Below are positions 31,401 through 39,362 of a DNA stretch of 50,271 bases, in pieces. The translations under genes and the position numbers were made by a program. Under the pieces are notes generated by a model that was not told the DNA's origin, made no database searches, and saw only the letters and a list, made by a program, of their open reading frames with translations. The DNA lies in IMG/VR virus record IMGVR_UViG_3300037467_000958, positions 1 through 50,271 of that record; one strand, written 5' to 3'. The first letter of the stretch is position 1; each line of letters starts with the position of its first letter. Source of the stretch: a virus (taxonomy: Duplodnaviria > Caudoviricetes).

Positions 31401-31709
31401 AGAATCCGTTATCGCCGCCGTGTTAACAGCGTTCGCCGCGAGGCTTGCCGCGATTGTCAGCACATCGCCGGAAAGGGACAGCGTAATGCTCGTTCCTTCA
31501 CGGAATTTAATACTATTCACCGCTGCATCGAGCGTTGCCGTGGCCTTGGTCGTGCCGTCGGCGTTTTGCACGATAAACGACTTCGCAAGGCGGGCGTAGT
31601 TGTCGTTGATTGCGGTTACGAGCGTTGTTCGATCCTGCTCGTACTCGCTTTCGTGCATCGTTTCGCCGTCGTTCCAGTTCTTTAGGCTGTTAATATCGAT
31701 TTGTGCCAA
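25467..31709 (-). CDS. Tail fibre / receptor-binding protein
   Basis: 2080 aa; 10-residue (G/D)AVTxxKIA repeats, CBM-like beta domains, S/T/G-rich. Confidence 0.85.
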   Translation of the reverse strand: MAQIDINSLKNWNDGETMHESEYEQDRTTLVTAINDNYARLAKSFIVQNADGTTKATATLDAAVNSIKFREGTSITLSLSGDVLTIAASLAANAVNTAAITDSSVTTVKIADGNVTTIKIADGAVTAAKIATDAVGSAAIQADAVGTSELAPNAVTSTEILDGAVGATKLADGAVGTAKIADGSVTASKMAASSVVNNAIAINAVTADKIMDGNVDGNKLAPASVTSTKIGAKAVVTAAIADEAVGTSQLANDSVTAAKIAPGAVGSSEIADGAVGTAEIASEAVTLAKLATDAKSAANHTYAGNVPGAGNAQNAIDIVYATLNGAIGAGTVSEAVAVNTARADYERTRNMSGVYDYSSVISATTSPANGAVGTSATVANTFYLGKFAAILNGFKITNSAVITQALSAPPTYGYREDLVFLEAYFPTNTPVTMSWRIRVVDGVDFGRNPEGLGASGASGLSGWDVTAQGGNAAPIVKTAWETGGSDSAFYGTPLRAISSNTGKKIFTDDIGLYIAGDGSSTAKTTLATNDGYVYAIPLFRIKRRNSGGYRRDNLNGARDYYQTTQSVTFSPSLAYGQTQQITVATTDYNNIQVGDIIHNFAVTTAHRILVLSKDGSNKITVQNINTDQTTQASIGTGTWSLLSDRPDGLYSNIIDASDIIDLRHRIPVNFMPGMETESAFDSLMRGALTTKDTKLAQKDVYGLRRAPLGPAQTLNSTAVKRADGTSVDLSNKFGLLGSFEVDSNSDGVADGFSFQGTNSFITKSISTSIFKYGKSSQQLQRTSAGTSTVAMAIDSLLTSGKYYVFVGESYLQSGASTNYGISTANFALQGGYSTLTTSATGQWVVGYQKFQYTSGALNIVLTPASVNDKANYDGFRLYEIDQATYNLIDVDPNWTGGDKIGALFPYVDSYPNFVENLCPTTVDAWEQGSYDSSGNNASTTSRIRTINLIPVQPNTQYSVSSNGGSITVFEYQSDGTFVVQGTAFAPSGTFTTAANTAKVKIRLSNNPTSTNVPDDVSKLLPQLEKGSVVNPFVPYGRWYLDKDYLANGHMVQSGTLSTFHYEGINGGNFNGQRIAYGDPQQSITVVDVVDPTWNGVNRPKHVIPTQATSGVWAIGDTIKIHSDYGGITGATAGFSKILEDKTGVTSPTTIKVSDVSKFTASDHVTRFDGVSTYTVTDLTVDSVDSTNSTATLSWTGGAGLNFVSGTYLLETSSSLPTVTATGIAGTWSGLGTKDATYTITTAPTTNTSNITITYAVNYPAGKGLPQVATDILKAAVNGDELLAANTVSVKANFAGKVSGSTDLVPHTLKGIITTTSLTPSPGGTEVSQANYNNAFALDGTLATTSRATLNDVSQHVFQFDLIRAIEDKYGEIPADGTASKKTWLTNNITQISCTWNGYGSGLAGNKAYVAEWINGAWNASPASHTNGTVTSLTRNNTVISSVVDSNGFYYALAYADASDGVTASTINTDYVELSITLKTSAISAFDSTTEASGFTTLQPTNPFPVLSENMLDQNQAFPLDTSGWASYNGGALSVTTPGTITIATPGTSSPEGGVLSAGSAKAGEYFTATCLVSGSGTINVQLYRDSSVQMAAQSVTLSSTPTKITLTGKADADTSSAIRLYFRTPSVSAVTVNVSQIKLQKGVTATEWTPGRKRKVTLNFLGKVAGSTVEVPHRGLWTHGSTFPNPTTVTGEISNSEYSSIVKQDGVLDFYSAGTTGEYAQFIYEFDLSHLGMTTAQLKAAVRSMTISWTGYGSGDNASVLTNGATLKAWKGSWSTSGDTLYGTNTTSSPATISQTTSSNTYIDNNQKIYVLVHSTYPASATNPSNIYTDYVKLDVTLADYVDYTKSNIVKIRPETKEMKLWFPAKSSKYLGGNLGEASQVELWYRYVPYQGQGSISKSKILAVGTPIITTLGTGSATSDGDPVGDKNITTRLPSPTADYNLIADKFTSEGVLTTFDSLTLKRMPLASSGNYRFVPTAGLYFEPNSTTSESVVRGSTQDVRLSSDTVSGSVALGNYKFSIPTTLPTEALIYLPMLVSDSGELKLVVVSFRKSKSSTLLFKSTEAVYDHFKLAGRPLVKGV

Positions 31710-31724
31710 TTTGACACTTCCTTT

Positions 31725-33701
31725 CTATGGCTTCGTCAGCCTAAATTCCAATCCGAAACCGAAAAACTCACATTGATTTCCATTTCCGCCCCGGATGTGG
31801 AACCGGACACGGCGACATTTGCCGCGAATTGCCGTTTTTTGGACTGAAATATTGACTTCCCCGAAGGGAGATTTGCCCATGAGCCATGTACCGAATGTTG
31901 TGCCTGCATAAAATTGGAAATTCGGTGTTGTTGTCGTCTGCCAAACGACGTAACCGTTCTCGTCGATTACCGCTTGTCCGGAATCCGGCGTCAGGATAAC
32001 CGCTGAATCCGCTTGGATCGTAACGTAAAAATCGACGTTATGGCTGTTATAGTGCTTGGCGAGAGCATACAACTTCTTCAGTTTCTTGTAGTTGAATGAG
32101 GCTGAAAGATCGAGTGCTTTGGTTTCTATGACCATATCATACAACTCGCCCGCATCGGTGTAAACATCATAATCGTGCATATAGAGATTACCGTTTACGG
32201 TCAGATTGTAGGCGTCCTCACCATAGAGCAAAAACTGAACAATATCGAGTTTGTTGGTCGCATCCTTCGACCAAACTCCGGATTCGTAATAGTACCGATA
32301 GATTGTTTTCTTCTGCGGGAAACAAATCCAGTACATCGAATCCGTCACAATTGCGCAGGCATCTTCATCTGTCGGCATTTCCGATTTAACCGACTGGTCG
32401 ATTCTGGCGACGTTCATCGTTTCCAGCCGATAGGGGTTTGGTTTCAGCGCTTGAATCCCTTCATGCGAGAGGAAATAGATGTTGTTGCCTACTACCTGTG
32501 CCGTTCGCCCGGCGATACAGCCGATACCGTCGTGAATCTGAAAACGTTGGTAATCGTCTCCTGATTTCCCGACAAGGGTTTGGATAGTTGTCTTTGTAAA
32601 GACAACTAACATGTTTTGAAACCGGACAGCAGCGGTAATCGGTTCCTGCTTCCCCGTATCGAACGTGATCGTATTCGATACCGGGTAGTAGCGCGGGTTC
32701 GATAGATCTGAAATATACATTTGGTAGGGATACTTATCGTCGCCATAGAGCAAAATTCGATCCCAATGGAGCAGGATGTGCCTGCACTTGGACAACGCAT
32801 CGACAGGTGTGGAAGACGAATTGTCGGCAACAGCTTTTACCGTAAATCCGACTAGCACATAGATTTGCGTCGATACCGGGGTCGTGGCATCCCCCGTTTT
32901 CCGTACCGTTACGCGAATATCGTAATCCGTGGCTGAAACGAAATTGAACGTTTCGGACGACTCGGAAGCGGTGAAGTCCTTTTGAACGGCGTATGTCGAA
33001 TCGGAGGACTTTTTAAACTCCCATTTATAATCAATCGTGCCGACGTAACTTGAAGGAACATTGACGAACGCGGTCATTTCGATTGGTGTATTAATGGCCC
33101 CGAAGCGGGTTTGCGGCTTAATGCCGATAGCTTCGACGTTTGCCGTAACCGAAACACCGTTTTGAATGTAGTTATCCGGGTCGGGAGCCAGTCCATTCGT
33201 GCCGATGTAAATCGCTTCCATTACAGTCGGTGTGTACGGCACAACGACTTGCGCTGTCCAGCCGGAATCATAAGTTACTTCGACCAGTTTTGTCCCGGTT
33301 GCAACGTATAGGGTTTCTTTATATTGAACAGCCTCAACCGATAGGCTGGACTGAAAGGTAAACGGGGAGCCGCCATCGGTAATCGGAATTTCCGTCGCCG
33401 TGGAAGAACCGTTCTCTTTTACGTACAGACGGCCGCCAACAGCGAGAATGATGTCTGGATAAGACTGTCCGGAACGGTAATAGAAGAAAACACCTTGCGC
33501 TGTACCTGCCTGCGTTAAAATACTCGTCCTACCATAACGAAGCCTTGCCGAACCGCGTCCCGAAAGGTCGGCGTTGAGCAAGGTGGACATTTCGTTATTT
33601 TTGAGATTTTCGTTCGTAACTTCTGTATTTAAACCGCCCGAGAAGTCTAGGAAAGATTCAAAGACTTTCTGTGACGGATCGACGTTAATGTTCTGACGCA
33701 T
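31725..33701 (-). CDS. Tail nozzle / tubular protein B-like (beta-propeller)
   Basis: DFSGGLN start, GC.A..T.Q.V.N..YFLS..GI; podovirus gene order. Confidence 0.75.
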   Translation of the reverse strand: MRQNINVDPSQKVFESFLDFSGGLNTEVTNENLKNNEMSTLLNADLSGRGSARLRYGRTSILTQAGTAQGVFFYYRSGQSYPDIILAVGGRLYVKENGSSTATEIPITDGGSPFTFQSSLSVEAVQYKETLYVATGTKLVEVTYDSGWTAQVVVPYTPTVMEAIYIGTNGLAPDPDNYIQNGVSVTANVEAIGIKPQTRFGAINTPIEMTAFVNVPSSYVGTIDYKWEFKKSSDSTYAVQKDFTASESSETFNFVSATDYDIRVTVRKTGDATTPVSTQIYVLVGFTVKAVADNSSSTPVDALSKCRHILLHWDRILLYGDDKYPYQMYISDLSNPRYYPVSNTITFDTGKQEPITAAVRFQNMLVVFTKTTIQTLVGKSGDDYQRFQIHDGIGCIAGRTAQVVGNNIYFLSHEGIQALKPNPYRLETMNVARIDQSVKSEMPTDEDACAIVTDSMYWICFPQKKTIYRYYYESGVWSKDATNKLDIVQFLLYGEDAYNLTVNGNLYMHDYDVYTDAGELYDMVIETKALDLSASFNYKKLKKLYALAKHYNSHNVDFYVTIQADSAVILTPDSGQAVIDENGYVVWQTTTTPNFQFYAGTTFGTWLMGKSPFGEVNISVQKTAIRGKCRRVRFHIRGGNGNQCEFFGFGLEFRLTKP

Positions 33702-33705
33702 TTAT

Positions 33706-34284
33706 TCACCCCCAACTTGGGTAAAATGCCGGAGCATAGGAGTATTCGGAATTGATCTCCCATTGTGCGGTAACTTTGTCGCCTTCGGTTGCAGCCGTTT
33801 CGAGCGTAAATATAGTCGGTACGTCGCCAAACTCAAAACTTGCAAGTTGCCCATTTACATACACTTTGAGATTGCCGTATGGGTAACTGTAATCGTTCTT
33901 CGTAATTGTGAAGTCGGTTTGCCCGGCCGTCGCCGTAAACTGTTGAACGTTCGATGTACGTAAATATTGCACCGGAGGATCGTAATTTTCGGTGAAGTTC
34001 CGGATACCGTCGCTGAACTGCGACATGTAACTTTCCTTCTCCCGAACAGCCGAATCTTTCGACTTGAACATCGCGGCCGCATAGTAGACCGGAATCTCAT
34101 GATACTTGCTATCGAAAACGAACGTGTCGGTCATGTCCGAGGACTTGACGACATCGGGAAACTCGCAATTCACTTCGACAGCCATCAAATCCTTGCCCCG
34201 ATTGAGCAGAGAAATGATCGTGTCGGTGTCCTCTACATCGTCGATATAAAGGTTAACGAGATTCACCATTTGGGACAGTTGCAT
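33706..34284 (-). CDS. Head-tail adaptor (tubular protein A-like)
   Basis: YHEIPVYYAAA motif; C-terminal FTATAGQT.F...VYVNG module; position. Confidence 0.65.
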   Translation of the reverse strand: MQLSQMVNLVNLYIDDVEDTDTIISLLNRGKDLMAVEVNCEFPDVVKSSDMTDTFVFDSKYHEIPVYYAAAMFKSKDSAVREKESYMSQFSDGIRNFTENYDPPVQYLRTSNVQQFTATAGQTDFTITKNDYSYPYGNLKVYVNGQLASFEFGDVPTIFTLETAATEGDKVTAQWEINSEYSYAPAFYPSWG

Positions 34285-34290
34285 TTACCG

Positions 34291-34566
34291 TCACCCTTTC
34301 TTAGCACCGCCGAGTTTCGACGCCGTCGTAGCAGCACCCGCGATTTGTCCGTTTGTAACCACACTGCTACCAATCGAACCGGAAGGATCGCCGCTTGTTA
34401 TCTTAACGTTTATAGCTTCCGTTAAAGCTGCATTAGATTTCACAACCGGAGGCTGAATAAGTTTTTCCAGCAAGGCGTTCGTTTTCCGCTGTTCTTCAAT
34501 CAGCGTATATATCATTTGATCCTGCCGGGTTCCGAGTATGCCAAATTCTTCGGTTTTCATCGTCAT
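34291..34566 (-). CDS. Hypothetical virion-associated protein
   Basis: AAAGGAG RBS; one TxxKL-type repeat like those in the tail fibre. Confidence 0.7.
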   Translation of the reverse strand: MTMKTEEFGILGTRQDQMIYTLIEEQRKTNALLEKLIQPPVVKSNAALTEAINVKITSGDPSGSIGSSVVTNGQIAGAATTASKLGGAKKG

Positions 34567-34576
34567 TTCTCCTTTG

Positions 34577-34610
34577 AAAAAGCCCCCTATCTGCTAGGGA
34601 CAGGGGGCTT
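34577..34610 (-). terminator. Intrinsic terminator after major capsid gene
   Basis: AAGCCCCCT...AGGGGGCTT with U-run on the - strand. Confidence 0.8.
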
Positions 34611-34619
34611 AATTATTTA

Positions 34620-35504
34620 TTACGGATTTGCACCGAGGATTCCGCGATGATCGCTCCAACCTACAGAGAATCTTGTGCGGCCTTTATACTTCGCTTGGTC
34701 GGTATCGAAATCGGTCGTAGACTTGAAGTTCAAGCGTTCCCGCCAGAAGAAGTTCAACTGGTGAAGCTGGCTGTCCAGCAGGAACCAGTTGTCAGCGTCC
34801 GTTAGGTAGTCGAGAACAACGACATTGAAACGGCCCTTCATCGGGTTAATATCGTTGTTGTTCGTTCCCGGCAACTGAACGGATTTCGCAATCTTTTCAG
34901 CCGTGAACTCCAATGCACCCGGAACAATCAGCGTATCGACATTCATTTGGATTTTCAGGCCACGCTCGTCTACTTGCTCGCGTGCCAATTTGAAAGCAAT
35001 TTCCAAGTTGGCTTCCGATAGTGCCAGCGCACCGATGGAGTTGGTAGACGTGCCGCCGTCGAGCCGCTTATGCGTGGCAGAAATAAGTGCTTCGCCTTTG
35101 TAAGCCTTCGGGTCGGCTGTAAAGGCGTTGTTCAAAATTGCAGCAGCTTTCGTTTCAATCGTAGCGCGTGCAGCACGGGCAAGAGCCTTCGGCATTTTGT
35201 TGATTTGGGTGTACTGTTCGTCATCGACCAGTTCCTTTTCAACAATGAAGCCTTTGGAGAAGGTCGTATGCTTGTACTGCACGATGTCCGTATCGGTCGG
35301 GTCTTCGTATTGCGTGGAATCCGTCGTTCCCTTGGCATCCCACATCGAGAATCCGCCCATCCGGAGGTCGGTTTCAATCGCCTTTTTGGACGACATTACA
35401 TTGAAAACGCGGCTGTATTGCTCCGGTTTTTCCTTGTAAGTTTCGAAGAAAATCTTACGCAGGCCCGGTTCAAGAAGTTTCGAAAAATTACCGGAATGAA
35501 GCAT
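34620..35504 (-). CDS. Major capsid protein (Mu gpT-like HK97 fold)
   Basis: L.PGL..IF, LIVP.ALEF.A, N..NP, YLTD...WFL, R...GW.D.RG. Confidence 0.9.
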   Translation of the reverse strand: MLHSGNFSKLLEPGLRKIFFETYKEKPEQYSRVFNVMSSKKAIETDLRMGGFSMWDAKGTTDSTQYEDPTDTDIVQYKHTTFSKGFIVEKELVDDEQYTQINKMPKALARAARATIETKAAAILNNAFTADPKAYKGEALISATHKRLDGGTSTNSIGALALSEANLEIAFKLAREQVDERGLKIQMNVDTLIVPGALEFTAEKIAKSVQLPGTNNNDINPMKGRFNVVVLDYLTDADNWFLLDSQLHQLNFFWRERLNFKSTTDFDTDQAKYKGRTRFSVGWSDHRGILGANP

Positions 35505-35520
35505 CGTTTATCCCCCTCCC

Positions 35521-35943
35521 TTATACTAATTGACGGCCAGTAATGACCACTTCGTAGTTGCCGTTCGAAAGCGCGCCTACGACTTTAACAAGCGCGTTGG
35601 TTGTAACAGCGGCGTTCAAGATATAGTCGCCCGAGGACAACGTAATCGGATAGCCTGTGCCGACAACCGGAGTACCGCCCGTTACCGTCATTTCGTAAAC
35701 AGCATTCGCAGCCGAGCGAACTTTACCCGTAGTGGTCGTGTCAGCCGTGATTTTAACATTCGGGCCAAGGTAAACGCCAAGAACGGAAGTATCGTTAGAA
35801 GCAGCCGCAACAACATCGCCAGCACCATTCAGCTTTACGATGTCGCCACGTTTTGCGGTCGTGGCATAAGTCGCATCCAGTTTAAAATCACGTACCGGAT
35901 GGGCAGCGTCACCGCCGCCAAGCATACGACGAAATTCGATCAT
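35521..35943 (-). CDS. Capsid decoration / cement protein
   Basis: GD.VKL...G.V..A......LGV pattern, between scaffold and capsid genes. Confidence 0.7.
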   Translation of the reverse strand: MIEFRRMLGGGDAAHPVRDFKLDATYATTAKRGDIVKLNGAGDVVAAASNDTSVLGVYLGPNVKITADTTTTGKVRSAANAVYEMTVTGGTPVVGTGYPITLSSGDYILNAAVTTNALVKVVGALSNGNYEVVITGRQLV

Positions 35944-35957
35944 TTGTCAGGCTCCTT

Positions 35958-36803
35958 TCACATTTTGTATTTAAGGTAATCCGCCTCCGAAATCCCCATG
36001 TTTCTTGCCATGGCTCTTTCTTCAGCCGTAAGTCCGTCCGCCGTGCTGGATTTGCTTCCAGTTCCCGGCGTTACCGGGCTTGCTTTCCGTCCGGATATTT
36101 CAGCCAACGCCTCTTGTTTTGCAAGATCGCGGCTTGCTTGAATGATCTTCTTCCCATGAAGCGCATAGACCGCATCTTCCAGCGGAGCGTCCGGGTTCTG
36201 AAGCACCTGAAGAAGATGTACCTTTGCCGCGTCGATATCCTCTTGCGAAAGCATCGGAAAGTCCTTTTGGATCGTCGATGCTTCCGAATCAACGCGCCGC
36301 TGCCAGCTATCAAATTGCGATTGGTACAGTTGTTGTTCCAACTGCTGAATCTTCGCGTCCTGTTCTTTCTGACGCTGAAGGTATTCAACTGACACCCCCG
36401 ACTTTTCGGCTTCACGCTGAAGTGCCGCTTGTTGCACTTGCTGCAACATGACTTCGGGCGTTGTACCGTAGAGGTCGGCTAACTGCTTGGCCAGTTTAAA
36501 TTCAGAAGATTGTTCCAACTGTTCCCGCAACTGACGCTGCCTGCGTTCTTCTGCAAATTTCGCATTTTCTTCCGGTGTTTGAACCTTCTTCTCGGGTTCC
36601 GGTTCCGGCTCGGGGGCTGGTTCCGGTTCCTTTGCTTCCGGTTCGGGTTCAGGATCACCGTACTCCGGGCCTGTTTGATCGTCGTCGTCGCTATCTAGGG
36701 TGTAATCGTCGTCGGTAAGTTCGGCGTCGTTATCGTCCATGTCGATAAGTCCGTCACCGTCAGCGAAATTTTGAAGGTTCATTCGAAGCAGAAATTTTTT
36801 CAT
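35958..36803 (-). CDS. Capsid scaffolding protein
   Basis: MNLQ.FA N-terminus, acidic/PE-rich, coiled coil, LT.EE..MA..MGIS..DY.K tail. Confidence 0.85.
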   Translation of the reverse strand: MKKFLLRMNLQNFADGDGLIDMDDNDAELTDDDYTLDSDDDDQTGPEYGDPEPEPEAKEPEPAPEPEPEPEKKVQTPEENAKFAEERRQRQLREQLEQSSEFKLAKQLADLYGTTPEVMLQQVQQAALQREAEKSGVSVEYLQRQKEQDAKIQQLEQQLYQSQFDSWQRRVDSEASTIQKDFPMLSQEDIDAAKVHLLQVLQNPDAPLEDAVYALHGKKIIQASRDLAKQEALAEISGRKASPVTPGTGSKSSTADGLTAEERAMARNMGISEADYLKYKM

Positions 36804-36817
36804 ATCCAGACTCCCTT

Positions 36818-36895
36818 TCCCTTTTTGCGCGTGGGACGCGAAGATTTAGGCTTGTGGACTTGGCTTTTTGCGGAGCCACCCGGCGTACAAGCCTA
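36818..36895 (-). ncRNA. Structured 5' UTR with two H-type mini-pseudoknots
   Basis: CGGG-UGGC-UCCG-CAAAAA-GCCA and CGCG-UCCCA-CGCG-CAAAAA-GGGA; 9-bp stem enclosing the first. Confidence 0.6.
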
Positions 36896-36907
36896 TTTTC
36901 AGGCAAC

Positions 36908-36936
36908 AGTTTACAAGAAGTTGTATGCCCTGTCAA
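36908..36936 (-). promoter_or_regulatory. SigA promoter for scaffold/capsid operon
   Basis: TTGACA-N17-TAAACT on the - strand. Confidence 0.7.
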
Positions 36937-36946
36937 TATTATTTTC

Positions 36947-36976
36947 GAATACACGTATCGGTTTTAGGGTATAATA
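36947..36976 (+). promoter_or_regulatory. SigF-like promoter of the antisense hydrolase gene
   Basis: GAATA-N15-GGGTATAATA; no SigA -35 at the correct spacing from the embedded TATAAT. Confidence 0.6.
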
Positions 36977-37034
36977 CAATCTGAAGAAAGGATGGTGTTG
37001 TGCCTTCAGCGGTAGAGTCCATATTTACTTCGGT

Positions 37035-37349
37035 TTGATGATATATGTAATGCTGTGGCAAGGCGGGATCGTTTTTAACCCCATCGCCTTTGCGATAGGG
37101 TGCATTTTTCCGGATGTGGATCATCACAAGTCCCCCGCAGGAAAAGTTATGCCTTTATGGCATTGGTTCCGGCATCGCGGGTTCGTGCATTCGATTCCGG
37201 GGATGGCAGTATCGGCGTTGCCAATACTGCTCATTTGGGGCTGGAAAATGGCCCTGTCGTTTGCGGCCGGATTTTTCATTCACTTGGCCCTCGATTCATG
37301 CACCCCGAGCGGAATTGAATGGTTCCAAAAACCAAAGAGCCGTCACTAG
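37035..37349 (+). CDS. YdjM-like membrane metal-dependent hydrolase (5' end problematic)
   Basis: G..FPDVDH, HRG..HS, G...HL.LD..T..GI; the first His (SGRVH) lies upstream without an in-frame ATG/GTG/TTG. Confidence 0.8.
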   Translation: MMIYVMLWQGGIVFNPIAFAIGCIFPDVDHHKSPAGKVMPLWHWFRHRGFVHSIPGMAVSALPILLIWGWKMALSFAAGFFIHLALDSCTPSGIEWFQKPKSRH

Positions 37350-37361
37350 GACGGCTCTTTT
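37334..37361. terminator. Bidirectional terminator between hydrolase and portal
   Basis: AAAGAGCCGTC...GACGGCTCTTTT. Confidence 0.85.
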
Positions 37362-37445
37362 CCGCGTTCCTTGCCCTTACCCGTTCGCGGTACGGGGGAG
37401 GATGGAACTATACAGGGCAGGAACCCGCTGTTCGGCCTGCCGGAA

Positions 37446-39362
37446 TTAGTAACCTTTTGCCATCGCTTGCATCGCTGTGGCCCCAGTCGTCCCGACCGGG
37501 CCGTTGCTCTTGGCCGCGTCCCGTTGCCGCCCGTTTTTGCGGTCGGCTTTTGCGTCTTGGTCAAGAAGTTGTTGGGCAGCTTCTTGAGCCGCCTGAAGTG
37601 CTTGCTCCTGTGACATCCCTTGCGCGATGTTTTGCCGGATGACGTCTGCGATTTGCACCATTTTCTGCGCGGAATCGAGAGCCTTCTGCGCTTCCATGCG
37701 CTGGCGATCGCTTGTCATGCGCTGAAGAATTTGGTCTTTTTGGTCAAAATCCTGCATCCGAAGCCATTCTTCCGGCGTGATAATCGGCGGGTCGAATTGG
37801 AACTGCCCTTGCATATTCATTAAGTTGTCAGCCGCTTGCTTGCGAAGTGCCTGCGTTGTGGGGGCAACCGAGTACGTATCCGCTTTGCAAATCCAATCGA
37901 GATTGTCGATTGTCGTTTTGTCGAACGGCTCGTATTCCTCGTAAACGGGCTTGCCGTTCGCACCTTTGGTTACAATCGGTCGTTTGTCTTTCCACTTATA
38001 AAGGATATTTAATATGATTAAATTTGAAATTTGTTCAACGAAATCGTCAATCTGAATCATCTTGTCTTTGTCTCGGATGGTTGCCCGCTCGATAAGCGCA
38101 TTAACCCCGGTCGATGTGGTCAAGGAGCCGACCGACTGCCCGGTATACGCTTCATTAATGCCGACAAATTCCTTCAGGTTTTGCGACATCCGATCCTGAA
38201 GATCGAACAATCCCTTCGGGATATCCGGAGGCTCGTTGTGGTGAATCGCTTTCGTCGGGTCACCGTTTGCCGTCCACACCTTGCCCGGCAACGTCCCTGT
38301 ACGCGCCAAATCTTGCGCGTTGATGCCGGATTCCCGAGAAACGACCTTCTGCGGGTTTTGGTGCAGAACCCCGATAACTGAAGCAATCATGGCGGTTCGA
38401 TTGATGATCTTCGAATTATCAATAATGCCCTCTGCCGTCGAAGTGCCGAGGAAGTCGTTTTCTTCTTCCTCGTCATACAGTACAGCGAATGGGTAAACGC
38501 TCGGCTGTTCGTCTTCCTCCACATACAAGAAGAAATCCATACCCGGAATGTAGTAATACTTATTCAGTTGCCAGCGGCCGTCGTCGTTTAGGAAACGCTC
38601 ATAGTGAATATGAACCGTTACATTCTCGTCACCGAGAACATTTTGCCCTTGCTTGCCGGGGCCATTTTCACGGTCGAGGACTTGTCCGGTTTCGGTATCC
38701 GTTGCAGCTAAAACATCGTGGTTTAGTGCCTTAAACTTCTCTAAATTGCCGTTTTTCTCCACATATTGGCGGAATTTCTTATTATTTTTAACTGTGGATA
38801 ACGCCATGTTTTCCACGCAGACGGCATACTTGGCATCATACATATAAAATGCGTCCGGATCGAGGTAAAAACTTGTGATTGGATACCGTTTTACGCAGAT
38901 TTTGCCTTGATACAGGGCGTTTTCAGGTGAATTTTCGCCTACATACGTACCTCCGACGTAGGTATCGTCAGTATAAACGACGGCTATCGAAATGCCGTGC
39001 AGAAGTGATCGGTCGATACAGCGGCGAATAACACGCGGAACCTTTTCGGTCGTCCAAACGTGCTCATAAGCCCGTTGTAATTTCTCCATTTTCTCCGCAT
39101 ATTTTTGTTCCCGCGCCGTGAAGTGCGCCATCGGGATAGCTGAAGCAAGATTGGCCCGTTTCAGTGTTCGGGTATAGCGCACATCGTTGATAACAGGTGT
39201 CGGAATCCACGGCGGCAAGGATTCGTCTTTCCATATGTCGCCACGGTCGAACTTGTCGATCAGTTTAATCTTTTGGTGCTTGGTCGCAACGGCTTGTTCT
39301 GCCTTGTGAAATCGGGCCGTTAGGTCGGAAATTTTAAGTTTAATCTGTTCGGCTTCGTTCAC
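37446..39362 (-). CDS. Portal protein (P22-like)
   Basis: 638 aa downstream of terminase; F..DP.A, G......G.....TS.GV..L, C-terminal Q-rich coil. Confidence 0.85.
   Translation of the reverse strand: MNEAEQIKLKISDLTARFHKAEQAVATKHQKIKLIDKFDRGDIWKDESLPPWIPTPVINDVRYTRTLKRANLASAIPMAHFTAREQKYAEKMEKLQRAYEHVWTTEKVPRVIRRCIDRSLLHGISIAVVYTDDTYVGGTYVGENSPENALYQGKICVKRYPITSFYLDPDAFYMYDAKYAVCVENMALSTVKNNKKFRQYVEKNGNLEKFKALNHDVLAATDTETGQVLDRENGPGKQGQNVLGDENVTVHIHYERFLNDDGRWQLNKYYYIPGMDFFLYVEEDEQPSVYPFAVLYDEEEENDFLGTSTAEGIIDNSKIINRTAMIASVIGVLHQNPQKVVSRESGINAQDLARTGTLPGKVWTANGDPTKAIHHNEPPDIPKGLFDLQDRMSQNLKEFVGINEAYTGQSVGSLTTSTGVNALIERATIRDKDKMIQIDDFVEQISNLIILNILYKWKDKRPIVTKGANGKPVYEEYEPFDKTTIDNLDWICKADTYSVAPTTQALRKQAADNLMNMQGQFQFDPPIITPEEWLRMQDFDQKDQILQRMTSDRQRMEAQKALDSAQKMVQIADVIRQNIAQGMSQEQALQAAQEAAQQLLDQDAKADRKNGRQRDAAKSNGPVGTTGATAMQAMAKGY

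Noticed and set aside
25467-31709. Diversity-generating retroelement or tail-fibre shufflon
   Set aside because: No reverse transcriptase or invertase seen, and the duplicated modules are divergent rather than near-identical template/variable repeats
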